A DNA stretch of 64,000 nucleotides from an uncultured Anaerolinea sp. GTDB taxonomy: Bacteria; Chloroflexota; Anaerolineae; Anaerolineales; Villigracilaceae. The notes below the pieces were generated by a model. The model saw nothing but the letters and a program-made list of their open reading frames with translations. It ran no database searches and was not told where the DNA came from. Each line of letters starts with the position of its first letter. Position 1 is the stretch's first letter. Below are positions 38,883 through 49,035 of this stretch, one piece after another. Position numbers and translations under genes: made by a program. The stretch lies in contig CAZHWV010000006.1 in NCBI GenBank assembly GCA_964536185.1, positions 502 through 64,501 of the forward strand, read 5' to 3'.

Positions 38883-40472
38883 ATGTTGGAAAATAAACGA
38901 TCGAGTAAGTATATCCTGGCCATCGACCTGGGTACCGGTGGCCCAAAAGTAGGCCTGGTCAACCAGCAAGGACAGGTGGTCAGCAGTGCATCTGCTCCGG
39001 TGCAACTATTTTTCCTCCAGGATGGCGGCGCGGAACATGATCCGGCGGAATGGTGGTCGACCATTTCCAGCTGTGCGCGGCAGGTGATTCAGACTGCTGG
39101 TGTGCCGTCGGTAGCAATCATTGCGATTGCGGTTACCAGTATGTGGTCAGTTACCTTGCCGGTAGACGAGGCGGGCAAACCCCTGATGAATGTCATGTCC
39201 TGGATGGATGGGCGCGGCGGTCCGTACAACCGGAAGATCGTCAAGGGTTTCCCCAATATCCAGGGCTACAAATTAAGCACCTTGCTCAAGTATCTTGATC
39301 TGGTTGGTTTTCCTCCCACGCTCAAGGGGGTTGATGCGTTGGGACATATGCTTTTCATTAAGCATGAGCGCCCAGAGATTTACCGGCGGACGTATAAGTT
39401 CTTTGAACCGGTGGATTACATCAATATGCGCCTGACAGGCAAATTTGCTGCCACGCAGAACACGGTTTTGCCGATGATGATGGTCGATAACCGCCGGCTG
39501 GGCGTACAGGAATATGATCCCTGGCTGCTCAAGATGGGGGGCATCGAGCGCGAAAAACTGCCCGACCTGCTGCCTATCGACGGTATTTTGGGCGCTATCA
39601 CCCCCACCGTTGCCAGCGAACTTGGGCTTTCACCCGGCACACTGGTGGTCTGCGGAGTCAACGATAACAGTTCTTCGGCCATTGGGGCGGGGGCTATCGC
39701 CGATTCTGAAGTGGCAGCGGTGATGGGCACTTCGGGCTACCTGGCGGCGCATGTCGTTATTAAAAAGACAGATATCGATCATTCGCTGGGCACCATGCCC
39801 AGCGGGATCCAGGGACGCTACCTCTTCTGGGGCGAGATGGCCAATAATGGCAAGGTGCTTGAATCCTACCTGAAAAACCTGGTCTATGCCCAGGATGGTT
39901 TTGAGACGGGCATAGTCCCTGCCGATATGTACGACCGGGCCAGCCAGCTTGCCGCCCAGGCGCAGCCTGGGAGCGAGGGTGTGCTCTTCCTGCCCTGGTT
40001 TAACGGCAGTTTGTCTCCGGGTGAAGACCAGTACATGCGCGGTGGATTCTTAAATATCTCGCACAAGACCAGTCGCGCTCATCTTACCCGTGCGGTTTTT
40101 GAGGGTCTGGCCATGAACTGGCGCTGGCTGCGCGGCCCTTCTGAAAAACTGATCGGTCGACAAGCCCAATACTGGCGCTTGAGCGGCGGCGGAGCGCTTT
40201 CAGACGTCTGGGTCCAAATCATGGCGGATGTGGTTGGGATTCCCATGCACCGTCAAGTTGACCCACGCAATAATAATGTGCTTGGCGTGGGATTACTGGC
40301 CTTCAACCGCCTGGGGTTGGTCAAACTGGAAGATATCCCCGGGTTGATCAAATTTGACCGGATCTTCGAGCCGGATCCAAAGAACCGCGCCATCTATGAT
40401 CGTATGTTTGCCCAATTTATGGCCGGCAAAGACAAAATCCGGCCGGTCTTTCACGCCTTGAATAAACTTTGA
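38883..40472 (+). CDS. FGGY-family carbohydrate/polyol kinase
   Basis: YILAIDLGTGGPKVG phosphate-1 motif. C-terminal SGGGALSDVWVQIMADV. ATG 38883 has SD GAGAAGG, so it is preferred over ATG 38841. Confidence 0.85.
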   Translation: MLENKRSSKYILAIDLGTGGPKVGLVNQQGQVVSSASAPVQLFFLQDGGAEHDPAEWWSTISSCARQVIQTAGVPSVAIIAIAVTSMWSVTLPVDEAGKPLMNVMSWMDGRGGPYNRKIVKGFPNIQGYKLSTLLKYLDLVGFPPTLKGVDALGHMLFIKHERPEIYRRTYKFFEPVDYINMRLTGKFAATQNTVLPMMMVDNRRLGVQEYDPWLLKMGGIEREKLPDLLPIDGILGAITPTVASELGLSPGTLVVCGVNDNSSSAIGAGAIADSEVAAVMGTSGYLAAHVVIKKTDIDHSLGTMPSGIQGRYLFWGEMANNGKVLESYLKNLVYAQDGFETGIVPADMYDRASQLAAQAQPGSEGVLFLPWFNGSLSPGEDQYMRGGFLNISHKTSRAHLTRAVFEGLAMNWRWLRGPSEKLIGRQAQYWRLSGGGALSDVWVQIMADVVGIPMHRQVDPRNNNVLGVGLLAFNRLGLVKLEDIPGLIKFDRIFEPDPKNRAIYDRMFAQFMAGKDKIRPVFHALNKL

Positions 40473-40493
40473 GATCCTCCACAGGAGCAAAAT

Positions 40494-41909
40494 ATGTCTG
40501 ACGAACAACAATCAATGGATTTGTTTGGCGATATGCATCCTTACAATAAGCTCTTCCAAGTATTTTCCAAACTGCCTGAAAAGGGATTGGCTGAAGAAGA
40601 GGTCTTGAAAGAGATCACTTATATGTCGGCAGAAGAAAATCAAAAGTGGTTGGGCGGTCAATGTTCGGGCACCATGTATCATGGTGGTCTGGAACACTAT
40701 GCCTTTTTGAACAAGGTTTTCAGTCTGTACTCCTCAATCAATCTCTTACAGCGCGACTTGTGTCCGAGCGGGACCAAATTTGAAGCCGAAGTGCTGGCCA
40801 TGGTGGCCAAGATGTTACATGGAGAAGAGGTGAGCAAGCTCAATCGTTACGACGAGGTAGCCGGCGCGATTACTTCGGGCGGTACGGAAAGCATCTACAA
40901 TGCCATGTTTGTCTATCGCGAGTGGGGCCGCGAGGAGAAAGGCATCAGCGCGCCAGAGGTGATTGCCCCGTCAACTATCCACCCCGCCCATCGCAAGGCA
41001 GCTCATTACCTGGGAATGAAGGTTATCCTGGTGCCAGTCAATGCAGATTTCGAAGCGGATGTTGAAGCCATGCGCGCCCAGATCACCCCCAACACGGTCG
41101 CTCTGGTCGGTTCTGCCGGCACCTACCCGCACGGTGTGGTCGACCCGATCAGCAAGCTCTCTGACCTGGCTCTGGAACAAAAACTTGGCCTGCACGTCGA
41201 TGGCTGCCTGGGCGGCTTCATCCTGCCCTGGATCGAGAAGTTGGGCTATGCTGTGCCGGTCTTCGACTTTCGCCTGCCAGGGGTCACCTCCATTTCTTGC
41301 GATACGCACAAGTATGGTTATGCTCTCAAGGGGACCTCAACCGTAAACTTTCGCAGTAAGAATCTGCGCCGTTACATGTTCTTTGCCCAGGAGGATTGGG
41401 CGGGCGGCGTTTACGCCTCGCCGACTGTGCAAGGCAGCCGCTCTGCCGGTCTTAGCGCAGCCATGTGGGCTGCCATGGTCAGTACAGGCGAGGCAGGTTA
41501 TCTTCAAGCTACGCGGGCAATCATGGATACTGCTGACAAGATGCGCGCAGGTATCGCGGAAATCCCTGAGCTGCGCATTATGGGCAAATCGACCTTCTTG
41601 ATCGCCCTGACCTCGGATGTGCTTGACCCCTATCTCGTCAACGATTACCTGGTTATGCGCGGTTGGCGTATGAATGGCTGCCAGAATCCAGCCGGGTTCC
41701 ATTTTTGTATCACGCTGCCACAGACCCAGCCAGGTATTGCCGAGCGGTTTATCCAAGATCTGAAAGAAGCAGTCAATTTTGCCAAGAACCCACCTTATGA
41801 AATGGCCAAAACCGGTTTCTTGTATGGTATGGGCGCCAGCGCTGATGGGCGTGAGATTTTGCGCCAGGGCTTGAAGGGTTGGGTCGAGGCTTCTTACGAC
41901 TATGAATAA
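40494..41909 (+). CDS. Group II PLP-dependent enzyme, sphingosine-1-phosphate-lyase-like
   Basis: TSGGTESI block. PLP-lysine block SCDTHKYGYALKGTS matches the SPL family ADTHKYG(F/Y)xxKG. Starts 21 nt after the kinase stop, with SD AGGAG. Confidence 0.8.
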   Translation: MSDEQQSMDLFGDMHPYNKLFQVFSKLPEKGLAEEEVLKEITYMSAEENQKWLGGQCSGTMYHGGLEHYAFLNKVFSLYSSINLLQRDLCPSGTKFEAEVLAMVAKMLHGEEVSKLNRYDEVAGAITSGGTESIYNAMFVYREWGREEKGISAPEVIAPSTIHPAHRKAAHYLGMKVILVPVNADFEADVEAMRAQITPNTVALVGSAGTYPHGVVDPISKLSDLALEQKLGLHVDGCLGGFILPWIEKLGYAVPVFDFRLPGVTSISCDTHKYGYALKGTSTVNFRSKNLRRYMFFAQEDWAGGVYASPTVQGSRSAGLSAAMWAAMVSTGEAGYLQATRAIMDTADKMRAGIAEIPELRIMGKSTFLIALTSDVLDPYLVNDYLVMRGWRMNGCQNPAGFHFCITLPQTQPGIAERFIQDLKEAVNFAKNPPYEMAKTGFLYGMGASADGREILRQGLKGWVEASYDYE

Positions 41910-41918
41910 ATAATCGTT

Positions 41919-41965
41919 TAAAACAAACTATGCGCAGCCAGTAAGGCTGCGCATAGTTTGTTTTA
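41919..41965. terminator. Bidirectional terminator hairpin
   Basis: Perfect 21-bp stem TAAAACAAACTATGCGCAGCC / GGCTGCGCATAGTTTGTTTTA with a 5-nt loop. The stem ends are U-rich in both orientations. Confidence 0.75.
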
Positions 41966-42027
41966 AGGCTAAATGATCATAACCTTTGCTTGCAAACGAA
42001 CGATAATCGGTGGGTTGCTCCGCAGGT

Positions 42028-42063
42028 GGTTATTTTTGCGGAAGTTCTTCCGCAAAAATAACC
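42028..42063. terminator. Second long hairpin in the convergent intergenic region
   Basis: 17-nt inverted repeat GGTTATTTTTGCGGAAG / CTTCCGCAAAAATAACC with a 2-nt spacer, flanked by an A-run. Confidence 0.5.
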
Positions 42064-42152
42064 ATAAAAAAATCAATTCTTCCTGGGTGCAAGCTTTCCA
42101 ACCCATCCCGTGAGGTACGTTTGATTTAACCAAAGCGATATCTGGCATGCAA

Positions 42153-45100
42153 CTACTTGATGATCACCAGGTCACTGGCGCTGCGGCCAAAGACTTCGGG
42201 CGAGTACATCTCCTCAGCCTTGCTGGGCGGGACGATGAAGCTGCCGGGGGTCGTGGCGCGGGCGATGTAGCTATATTCGTAAACGCCATCCCAGAGCAGC
42301 GAGGTGAAGGCTTCGGCGCGATCATCCCGTAGATTCTGGTGTTCATACCAGGTGCCCCACCACCACCAGCCGTAGCGGAAGTTTGAACTGGTGGGATCCT
42401 GGGGGACGCTGCCCGAGACGGACAGGGCCGGGTTGACAATCTCCAGTCCGGCCGGCAGCGGGTCGACCAGCGCGACATGGTAGCGACGATTATCTGCAAC
42501 CAGCGAGATATGCACGCGGACTGTCGCCCCGGCCTTGATAATCCAGGCCCCATTCGCGTCTCGGGAAACATCCTCGGGGTTGTCGACGGCTTCGTAGCGA
42601 CGTTGGACAACGAAGCCCATATCCAGCGGGGGCATGTTCAGATCAGTAGGCGCATAGCGCAACCCAATACGGTAGTAGAGTCGCCCGGGGCCGTCTTTGC
42701 TCAGGATCAAATCCTGGCTTCCGCCACCTGCTGCGGTCTCAGAAAGTACATAATTCATCGGGATGATGGTTTCATGCTGTTCGGTCGTCCGTCCGCGGAA
42801 CTCGCTGCTGCCGGCATAGGTATTCCCCAGCCAGAAGCGGGCTACAAAGTCGGGAGTCTTAGATTCGTAGGTGTTGAAATACTTATCCAGGGCCAAGAGG
42901 ACAAACACATTCTCCTGGGTGTTGCCCCAGCGGCCCTGGGTGCGATGGGACAGCAGGCCGGTGACCAGCTTGGGGATCAAGTCACTCTGAGGGTTGTCGC
43001 TGATCAGCGCGTCGAGCAGGATGGCATCGGTGCGGCGGTCGGAGTTGAGCAGCAGGTAGGTCTGGTCATCGTAAGCGGTGGTGAAATTGGCTGCGCCGGC
43101 TGTCTCGACGACGTGGTTATTGACGAAGAGGCGGATTTCAGCCAGCTGACCGGCATCATCGATCACCGGCCAGAGCCAGCCGATGGCTGGCATCGAAAGG
43201 TTATCCAGTCCGGCCTCTTTATACAGGGCCTGGGCTTTGGTCGCATCACGGTCGCTCAGCAGGTTGCGGACGTAGAGCGCGTAGGCGCTGAGGGTCTGGC
43301 GGGTGGACAGGCTGTACCAGGCCGGGTAATAATTCTCAATCTGGCGCAGGTAATTAAGCGCATTCTGCTGCATCTCGGGCGGGACGCTGAAGCCTTTTTG
43401 CCCGGCGCGCGCCAGGGCATGCGCCACGTGGATGGTATTGAATGGGTTGGAGTCGAAACCGCGCCGCCAGGTTGGGAAGCCGCCATCATAATTTTGCATC
43501 CCGCTCAGGCGTTGGAGATCGCGGTCGACAGCCGCCTGCATTGCCTCGGCTGAAGGCAATCCATCCGCCTTGAAGGCTGTGAGCACATCGCGCAGCGCAG
43601 CTACTGCCAGGACACGCGAGGCTAACTGTTCGGAACATTCATACGGATAGGCGACCAGGTAGAGAACTGCGTCGGTCAGGGCCTGTACGGCCGTGGATGA
43701 AGTGCTAATCTCCAGGCCGCCATATTGTGGGAAAACTCCGCTGGGGTACTGGACCGGCTGGGCTGTGGCCCCCTCGTCGATCACACCATAAGTAGCAAAG
43801 GCCTCAGTGGTGGACGGAGTGTATACCGGCAACTCGATGGTGGCAGCATCCGCATAGCCAAAGGCAGCCGCGACGGCTGCAATCTGCACGCGGGCAGTGC
43901 CTGCCATGTTGGTAACGGCTGGGAAGCGAACTTCAACACGGTCATTGGCCGGGATGGTCACGCGCAGGCCGGCATTGGTCAGGTCGAGATTGGTTGCACG
44001 GGCGGCGACGCTGACATCTAATGGCTGGTCGGTCTGATTTTGGATCACGACCGGCAGTTCAAAACGGTCGCCAAAGTTGAGGAAACGCGGGGCGGATGGG
44101 CGCACCATCAGCGGCAGCCGGGCGGTGATATTTGATTCGCCCGTGCCAAATTTTCGGCCCTGGGGGTCAACCGCCACGACCATCACACGGTAACGGGTCA
44201 AGTTATCGGGCAGCTTGACGGGAACCCGCGCGCTGCCATCCAGTCCGGTGCGCACTGCCGGGGCAAAGGTCGCCAGCGGGTTAAAGTCCGAACGCATCTG
44301 GATGGCAGGCTGAGCCTGTCCAGACTCAGCTTTTGCGCTTGGCGCGGGGGCAGCTTCCATGAGCATTGACTGCGTTGCCATCGGAGCGCCAGCTCCCAAA
44401 GCGTCACGGGCCAGGCTCTCATTGGCCACTTGTTGGGCGAGCGCCTGCGGATCGGCCAGGATCAGGCTGGCGCGGCTGTAGACGCCTGAGAAATAAGACG
44501 GGCGGTTAGCATAGAAAATGTTGAGCGGGTCGTCCAGTTGATAATTTGTCAGGGCCAGGATGGCTTCATCTACTACCACGACGGCCAATTCGGCATCCGC
44601 GACGGGCAGCCCGTTGGCATCCTGGAGCAGCACGGTGAGAGTCGTTTCAGCGCCTGGCTCCAGTTTGCTTTCGTCCGGTGTCACCTGCAGGGCTAAAGTC
44701 CGCTGCAGCGGGGGAATACTTAAACTTAAGGCGCCAGTGGCATAAGCTGGGCGCGCCGGCATATCCGGCAACGGTGTGGAGCCATCATCGCTCACGCGCG
44801 CGGCAGCGCCGACCAGGTCCACCTGGATTTCCAGGTTGGGGATATGCGCCTGATCAATGGGAATTTCCAGGGTAGCTGAGCCGTTGGTGATGCGGAATCG
44901 CGTGGTATAAAGTATGCCGCTGCGGCTGACCGTCAGCAGCCCTTCGGCTGGGCTGAAAGGTGACTGGACCAGGATGCGGGCAGTATCGCCGGGCTGGTAG
45001 GTTTGCTGGTCAGGGATGAGCGTGACAGTTTCCTGTTCAACTTTGCGGGATGGGGGTTGTTTACCGCCGCTGACCCAACGCGTGAAGCGGGTCTGGTTGA

Positions 45101-48100
45101 CTCGCCCGAGTTCATCGGTAACGACTGCGGTAATCTGGTAAGTGCCGCCAACCGGCGTTTCAAAGATACAGGTATCCGCCTCTGGGTTGGAGACCTTGCT
45201 GCAGGTTTGTTTCTCAACGGCCTGCTCAGTCCAATTTCCGCCGCGGAATTTCCAATCCAGGCGAGCTGCTGTGATTTCCAGCTTGTGGCCGGGCGCGACT
45301 TTGCCGTCCAGGTAGGTAACGATGAATTCAATTTTCAGCGGTGTGCCCTGCTCGACGAAATAGCGTTCGCTGCGCAGGCCAATATACAGGTTGGCCGGGT
45401 GGACCAACAGGGCCGTTGAACTGCTCCAGGCCTGGCGATTGACATCCATGACCGTCGACTGGGCTACCACGCTTTGCGGGCGAGGCTCGACTGCAGGGTC
45501 GCCTTGCTGGTCGAAATTTAGCCGCAGGTAGTGGGTGCCAGAGGCGTCCGTTTGGCCGGTAAAGGTTTCGGTGGTCCCGCCTTCACCGCCAGGGCCGCCG
45601 AAGTCATAAAAATACCACCAGGGCCGCCAGGAACCAAAAGTGAAATCTGGCCAGTTGGGCGGAGAATAATTGGTCGGCGAAGTCGTCACCTGCCAGGTCA
45701 CTTCGGCATTGGGCAGTGGACCGCCGGCATAATATTTGGCCTCCACTGCCAGGATCGCCTGATCCCCGGCAAAATAGGGGCCGCTGGTCTCGCTGCGGGC
45801 CGTGACTTCAAACTCGGGCCGCCTGAACTCTTGAATTTCAAAGGAATGGCTGGACTGGGCGCCGTTAATCCCGCTCAGACCACCCTCAACGTTTAAGTTA
45901 AGTTGGGCTGTGCCCAGGTTGGTGTTTTTGGGCAGGCTCAGGACAAAGTCAAAACCGCCCAGGTTGTTGACTTTCACCCGGCCATCGCCAAGCGCGTTGC
46001 CCTGCGGGTCAGAGAGGCGGTAATTGACTGCGCTGACTCCCGACCCGACCAGGCCGACATCGCCAGTCTGTCGCCCGCCAATTTGGCGCAGCCAGCCTTT
46101 GATGTGCACATCTTCGCCTGGGCGGTACATCTTGCGATCGTCGAAAACATACCAGCGCAGTTCGTCGCCAGGCGGATTGGCGGCCCAGGCATCGTCGCCC
46201 CAGGCGGTCTGCGTGCGCGGCAACAGTGCCTGGTCAGCGCCCAAACGGGCCACCAGGTAAGTTGCCCCAGACGGAATATCAAAACGGATGGTTCCATCCG
46301 CGCCCGTGAGCAGTTCTGGGCCGCCGCTGTCTGGCTGGAGTCTGACTCCGGCGAGCGGTGATCCATCCTTTAGATTTGTCGCCCAGGCCAGCATACTGCT
46401 GTGGTCCGTAAAAGCATCCAGGCCGATCTGGGTGACCTGCACCCAGGTAATGACTGTTTGCGAAAAGCGCCTCCAGCGGTCGTTATTGTTTTCGAACAGG
46501 CTCGCGGGCGGCTCGATGATGACGACAAACTGGCCGAAACTGCCCTGGATGAACTCGGCCAGGTTGATATCCACCTGGCTGAGTTCATCGGCAGGGGTAT
46601 CCAGGCTGAGGGATTTGTCGGTCAGGAGTTTTCCGGGCATTTTGACCGGGGTATCTGTCTGCTGCCATTCGCGCAGGTACTGCTTGAAACCTGGCCAGTC
46701 GCTGGGCTGGACGGCGTAGATTTTCAGGTTGAGTTTTTTGTAATTAATGGCATATACCGAAAAGACAGGCTTGGAAACCGCCGGGTCAAGAGTGACAAAA
46801 GCCTGACCTGGCCCAGCCAGGACCGGGTCGGCGCTGCCGACCTTGAAGGTCAGGCGGGCATCCGCGCCCAATTTTTGGCCAAAAATATCCTTGATATTCC
46901 CGGAAACGGTGACGGTGTAGGTTGTCCGGCCCTTGGTCTGGCCGCGGATCTCAATTGTGTTGCCATAAACGCTGGCAGAGACACCAGGTATCTCGGGCGA
47001 GACGCGCAGCATGTCATCACTAAAGGTTAGCACATCAAGTGGGTTGTTAAAACGGATGGAGAAAGGCGTCAGTGGCGGGCAATTCTCGTCGCCCCAGTAA
47101 CAGCCGTGATCGTCGATGCGCAGCGGCGCGTAAGTGGAAAATTGATAAGATTGCGTTTCGGTGGTCAGACGCGGGCCTTCGGCTGAGGGCGTCCCAGGTC
47201 CAATCGTCACCGAGATCCCGGTCTCGGCCGAGAAAGGCGCAGTCGCGCGAAAAGCCAGCCAGCGCCCCTCGGGGGCGTTCTTGACCAACTGTTTGACCTG
47301 TTCATCCTTTTCGATCTCGGCCTCACTGGCCAAAACCAGGCTGGCGGGCCGGCTGCCGGCCACAACGCGGATAGTGCCCAGGACGGAAGCCGGGTCAATG
47401 CGCTGGTCAAATGCTACAAAAAAGAGCGGCTCCAGAGGCTGGGGGGTGTCTGACGGGTAAGTGGTTGTGACCTTGGGCGCCGGCGTGGTGAAGGTCCAGG
47501 AGACAGCCTGAGCCAGAACGCCGCCAGTGGCTGATTTTGTCCCGGCGGGCACATTGACCCGATATTCGGTTGCCTTGGGCAGGCGGTCGATTAATGCCGA
47601 GTCATATTGAAAGGTGAGGGTTTTGGTGCCCAGCCAGCGCCAGGTGCCGGGCAGGGCTGGCTCAATTTGCACGGGCACAGCGCTTGCCGCCAGATCGGCC
47701 AACGTTCCAATGGCGACCATCGGCTGGTCGAAAGTGATGCTGATAAAAGGCGCGACTGGGATTTCACCTTCTGGGGCGAAACGCAGCACCTGCAGTGGAC
47801 CGGCTTGCTCCAGACCTGGGGTGGGGTTTGTTTCCAGTGGGGGAAAGGATTCTTTAATCGTTATGCCAGGACGGGGTGGCGGCAGACTTTCGGCCGGGCG
47901 GTTAAAATCTGCCTGGTCGCCAGGAACAGTTGGCAGGGCGGACAGGCGGGCTAATAGCTGGTCAATCTCCGCGGGGGAGAGCGGCTCACCGGTTGCCACG
48001 GGCAGTGGTTGCGATGCCTGCGGCTGGGGCTGGCCTTCGCTCAGTCCAGTATTCATACGGTAACTTTCTCCTTGTTTGCCAGAATCCGCGCCAGGTGGCT

Positions 48101-48275
48101 GCGTCGGACCATTGTCAATCGCGATGGGCGCGAAGGTGGCTTTTCCAATCAGGACCGAAATTGGTGGAAACCATGTGTATAAGAGGACAAAACCGCTGGC
48201 ACACGCTAGAACTAGAAAGCCAACGAGCAAGATGAACCATTTTGTGCTGAATAAATTTTTAGGGCTGGTTGACAT
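42153..48275 (-). CDS. Bacterial alpha-2-macroglobulin family protein (thioester-containing, membrane-anchored)
   Basis: 2040 aa with an N-terminal hydrophobic anchor and many MG/Ig-like repeats. Thioester motif YPYECSEQ (CSEQ codons at 43626-43637). C-terminal receptor-binding-like domain. Confidence 0.9.
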   Translation of the reverse strand: MSTSPKNLFSTKWFILLVGFLVLACASGFVLLYTWFPPISVLIGKATFAPIAIDNGPTQPPGADSGKQGESYRMNTGLSEGQPQPQASQPLPVATGEPLSPAEIDQLLARLSALPTVPGDQADFNRPAESLPPPRPGITIKESFPPLETNPTPGLEQAGPLQVLRFAPEGEIPVAPFISITFDQPMVAIGTLADLAASAVPVQIEPALPGTWRWLGTKTLTFQYDSALIDRLPKATEYRVNVPAGTKSATGGVLAQAVSWTFTTPAPKVTTTYPSDTPQPLEPLFFVAFDQRIDPASVLGTIRVVAGSRPASLVLASEAEIEKDEQVKQLVKNAPEGRWLAFRATAPFSAETGISVTIGPGTPSAEGPRLTTETQSYQFSTYAPLRIDDHGCYWGDENCPPLTPFSIRFNNPLDVLTFSDDMLRVSPEIPGVSASVYGNTIEIRGQTKGRTTYTVTVSGNIKDIFGQKLGADARLTFKVGSADPVLAGPGQAFVTLDPAVSKPVFSVYAINYKKLNLKIYAVQPSDWPGFKQYLREWQQTDTPVKMPGKLLTDKSLSLDTPADELSQVDINLAEFIQGSFGQFVVIIEPPASLFENNNDRWRRFSQTVITWVQVTQIGLDAFTDHSSMLAWATNLKDGSPLAGVRLQPDSGGPELLTGADGTIRFDIPSGATYLVARLGADQALLPRTQTAWGDDAWAANPPGDELRWYVFDDRKMYRPGEDVHIKGWLRQIGGRQTGDVGLVGSGVSAVNYRLSDPQGNALGDGRVKVNNLGGFDFVLSLPKNTNLGTAQLNLNVEGGLSGINGAQSSHSFEIQEFRRPEFEVTARSETSGPYFAGDQAILAVEAKYYAGGPLPNAEVTWQVTTSPTNYSPPNWPDFTFGSWRPWWYFYDFGGPGGEGGTTETFTGQTDASGTHYLRLNFDQQGDPAVEPRPQSVVAQSTVMDVNRQAWSSSTALLVHPANLYIGLRSERYFVEQGTPLKIEFIVTYLDGKVAPGHKLEITAARLDWKFRGGNWTEQAVEKQTCSKVSNPEADTCIFETPVGGTYQITAVVTDELGRVNQTRFTRWVSGGKQPPSRKVEQETVTLIPDQQTYQPGDTARILVQSPFSPAEGLLTVSRSGILYTTRFRITNGSATLEIPIDQAHIPNLEIQVDLVGAAARVSDDGSTPLPDMPARPAYATGALSLSIPPLQRTLALQVTPDESKLEPGAETTLTVLLQDANGLPVADAELAVVVVDEAILALTNYQLDDPLNIFYANRPSYFSGVYSRASLILADPQALAQQVANESLARDALGAGAPMATQSMLMEAAPAPSAKAESGQAQPAIQMRSDFNPLATFAPAVRTGLDGSARVPVKLPDNLTRYRVMVVAVDPQGRKFGTGESNITARLPLMVRPSAPRFLNFGDRFELPVVIQNQTDQPLDVSVAARATNLDLTNAGLRVTIPANDRVEVRFPAVTNMAGTARVQIAAVAAAFGYADAATIELPVYTPSTTEAFATYGVIDEGATAQPVQYPSGVFPQYGGLEISTSSTAVQALTDAVLYLVAYPYECSEQLASRVLAVAALRDVLTAFKADGLPSAEAMQAAVDRDLQRLSGMQNYDGGFPTWRRGFDSNPFNTIHVAHALARAGQKGFSVPPEMQQNALNYLRQIENYYPAWYSLSTRQTLSAYALYVRNLLSDRDATKAQALYKEAGLDNLSMPAIGWLWPVIDDAGQLAEIRLFVNNHVVETAGAANFTTAYDDQTYLLLNSDRRTDAILLDALISDNPQSDLIPKLVTGLLSHRTQGRWGNTQENVFVLLALDKYFNTYESKTPDFVARFWLGNTYAGSSEFRGRTTEQHETIIPMNYVLSETAAGGGSQDLILSKDGPGRLYYRIGLRYAPTDLNMPPLDMGFVVQRRYEAVDNPEDVSRDANGAWIIKAGATVRVHISLVADNRRYHVALVDPLPAGLEIVNPALSVSGSVPQDPTSSNFRYGWWWWGTWYEHQNLRDDRAEAFTSLLWDGVYEYSYIARATTPGSFIVPPSKAEEMYSPEVFGRSASDLVIIK

Positions 48276-48458
48276 GGTGGAGTTCTCCTTCCAATAGCTT
48301 GACGCTTAAAGAGCATCCAAGGTTCCCGTGCAACTCTATTGTACAACTCAATCGGGCCCATTCATCTGGATTGTTAGACCCAATCGTTGTAAAATAACAT
48401 CTCAATTGCATAGACAATCACCTCCCCGCAAGCCGCACAAACAAATTGGAGAAACAAC

Positions 48459-49031
48459 ATGCAGGAACTCAAAGATAAAATATTGAAGGAAGGCAAGGTC
48501 TTGGGCAATGGCATTCTCAAGGTGGATAGTTTCATCAATCATCAGGTAGACCCAAAGTTGATGGATGCCTGTGGCCGTGAATTTGCGCGCCGGTTTGCGG
48601 GAGTGAATGCAACCAAGGTGCTGACTGCCGAAATTTCAGGTATCGCCCCGGCCTTGACGACTGCTTTTTACCTTGGTTTGCAGGTGGTCTATGCGCGCAA
48701 GACCAAGCCGGTCACTATGCCGGATCAGGTTTATTTGACCCTGGCGCCCTCGCACACCAAGGGTCGCATGGTCGAGTTGATCATCTCCCCCGAACATTTG
48801 CCAAAGGGCGAACGGGTGCTGATCATCGATGATTTTCTGGCCTCAGGCGCCACGATCCTTGGTCTGGCGCGCCTGGCCGAAACGGCCGGGGCCGAGATCG
48901 TCGGCGTTGGCGCTCTGATCGAAAAGAACTTCGAGGGCGGGCGCGAGGCGCTTAAGAAGCTTGGCGTGCAGGTGGAATCATTGGCGATCATCGCTTCGCT
49001 TGATAATGACACCATCACGTTTGCGGATTAA
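48459..49031 (+). CDS. xpt: Xanthine phosphoribosyltransferase
   Basis: [32 protein letters not shown], a typical Xpt N-terminus. PRPP loop [13 protein letters not shown]. Confidence 0.95.
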   Translation: MQELKDKILKEGKVLGNGILKVDSFINHQVDPKLMDACGREFARRFAGVNATKVLTAEISGIAPALTTAFYLGLQVVYARKTKPVTMPDQVYLTLAPSHTKGRMVELIISPEHLPKGERVLIIDDFLASGATILGLARLAETAGAEIVGVGALIEKNFEGGREALKKLGVQVESLAIIASLDNDTITFAD

Positions 49032-49035
49032 TGGA

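Noticed and set aside
42477-43553. A 358-aa + strand ORF, together with several other + strand ORFs of 100-210 aa, inside the A2M gene.
   Set aside because: They are antisense to a 2040-aa ORF with clear family motifs. Their products are Gly/Ala/Arg/Gln-rich low-complexity sequences, as expected for shadow ORFs in GC-rich coding DNA.
48276-48458. A possible purine riboswitch upstream of xpt-guaA.
   Set aside because: I could not find the conserved purine-aptamer junction and loop sequences or a three-way junction. This is only a by-eye check, so cmscan would settle it.
48961-49035. An upstream extension of the guaA ORF that overlaps the xpt 3' end.
   Set aside because: The GATase domain begins at [14 protein letters not shown] (ATG 49036). 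The extension overlaps xpt coding sequence.
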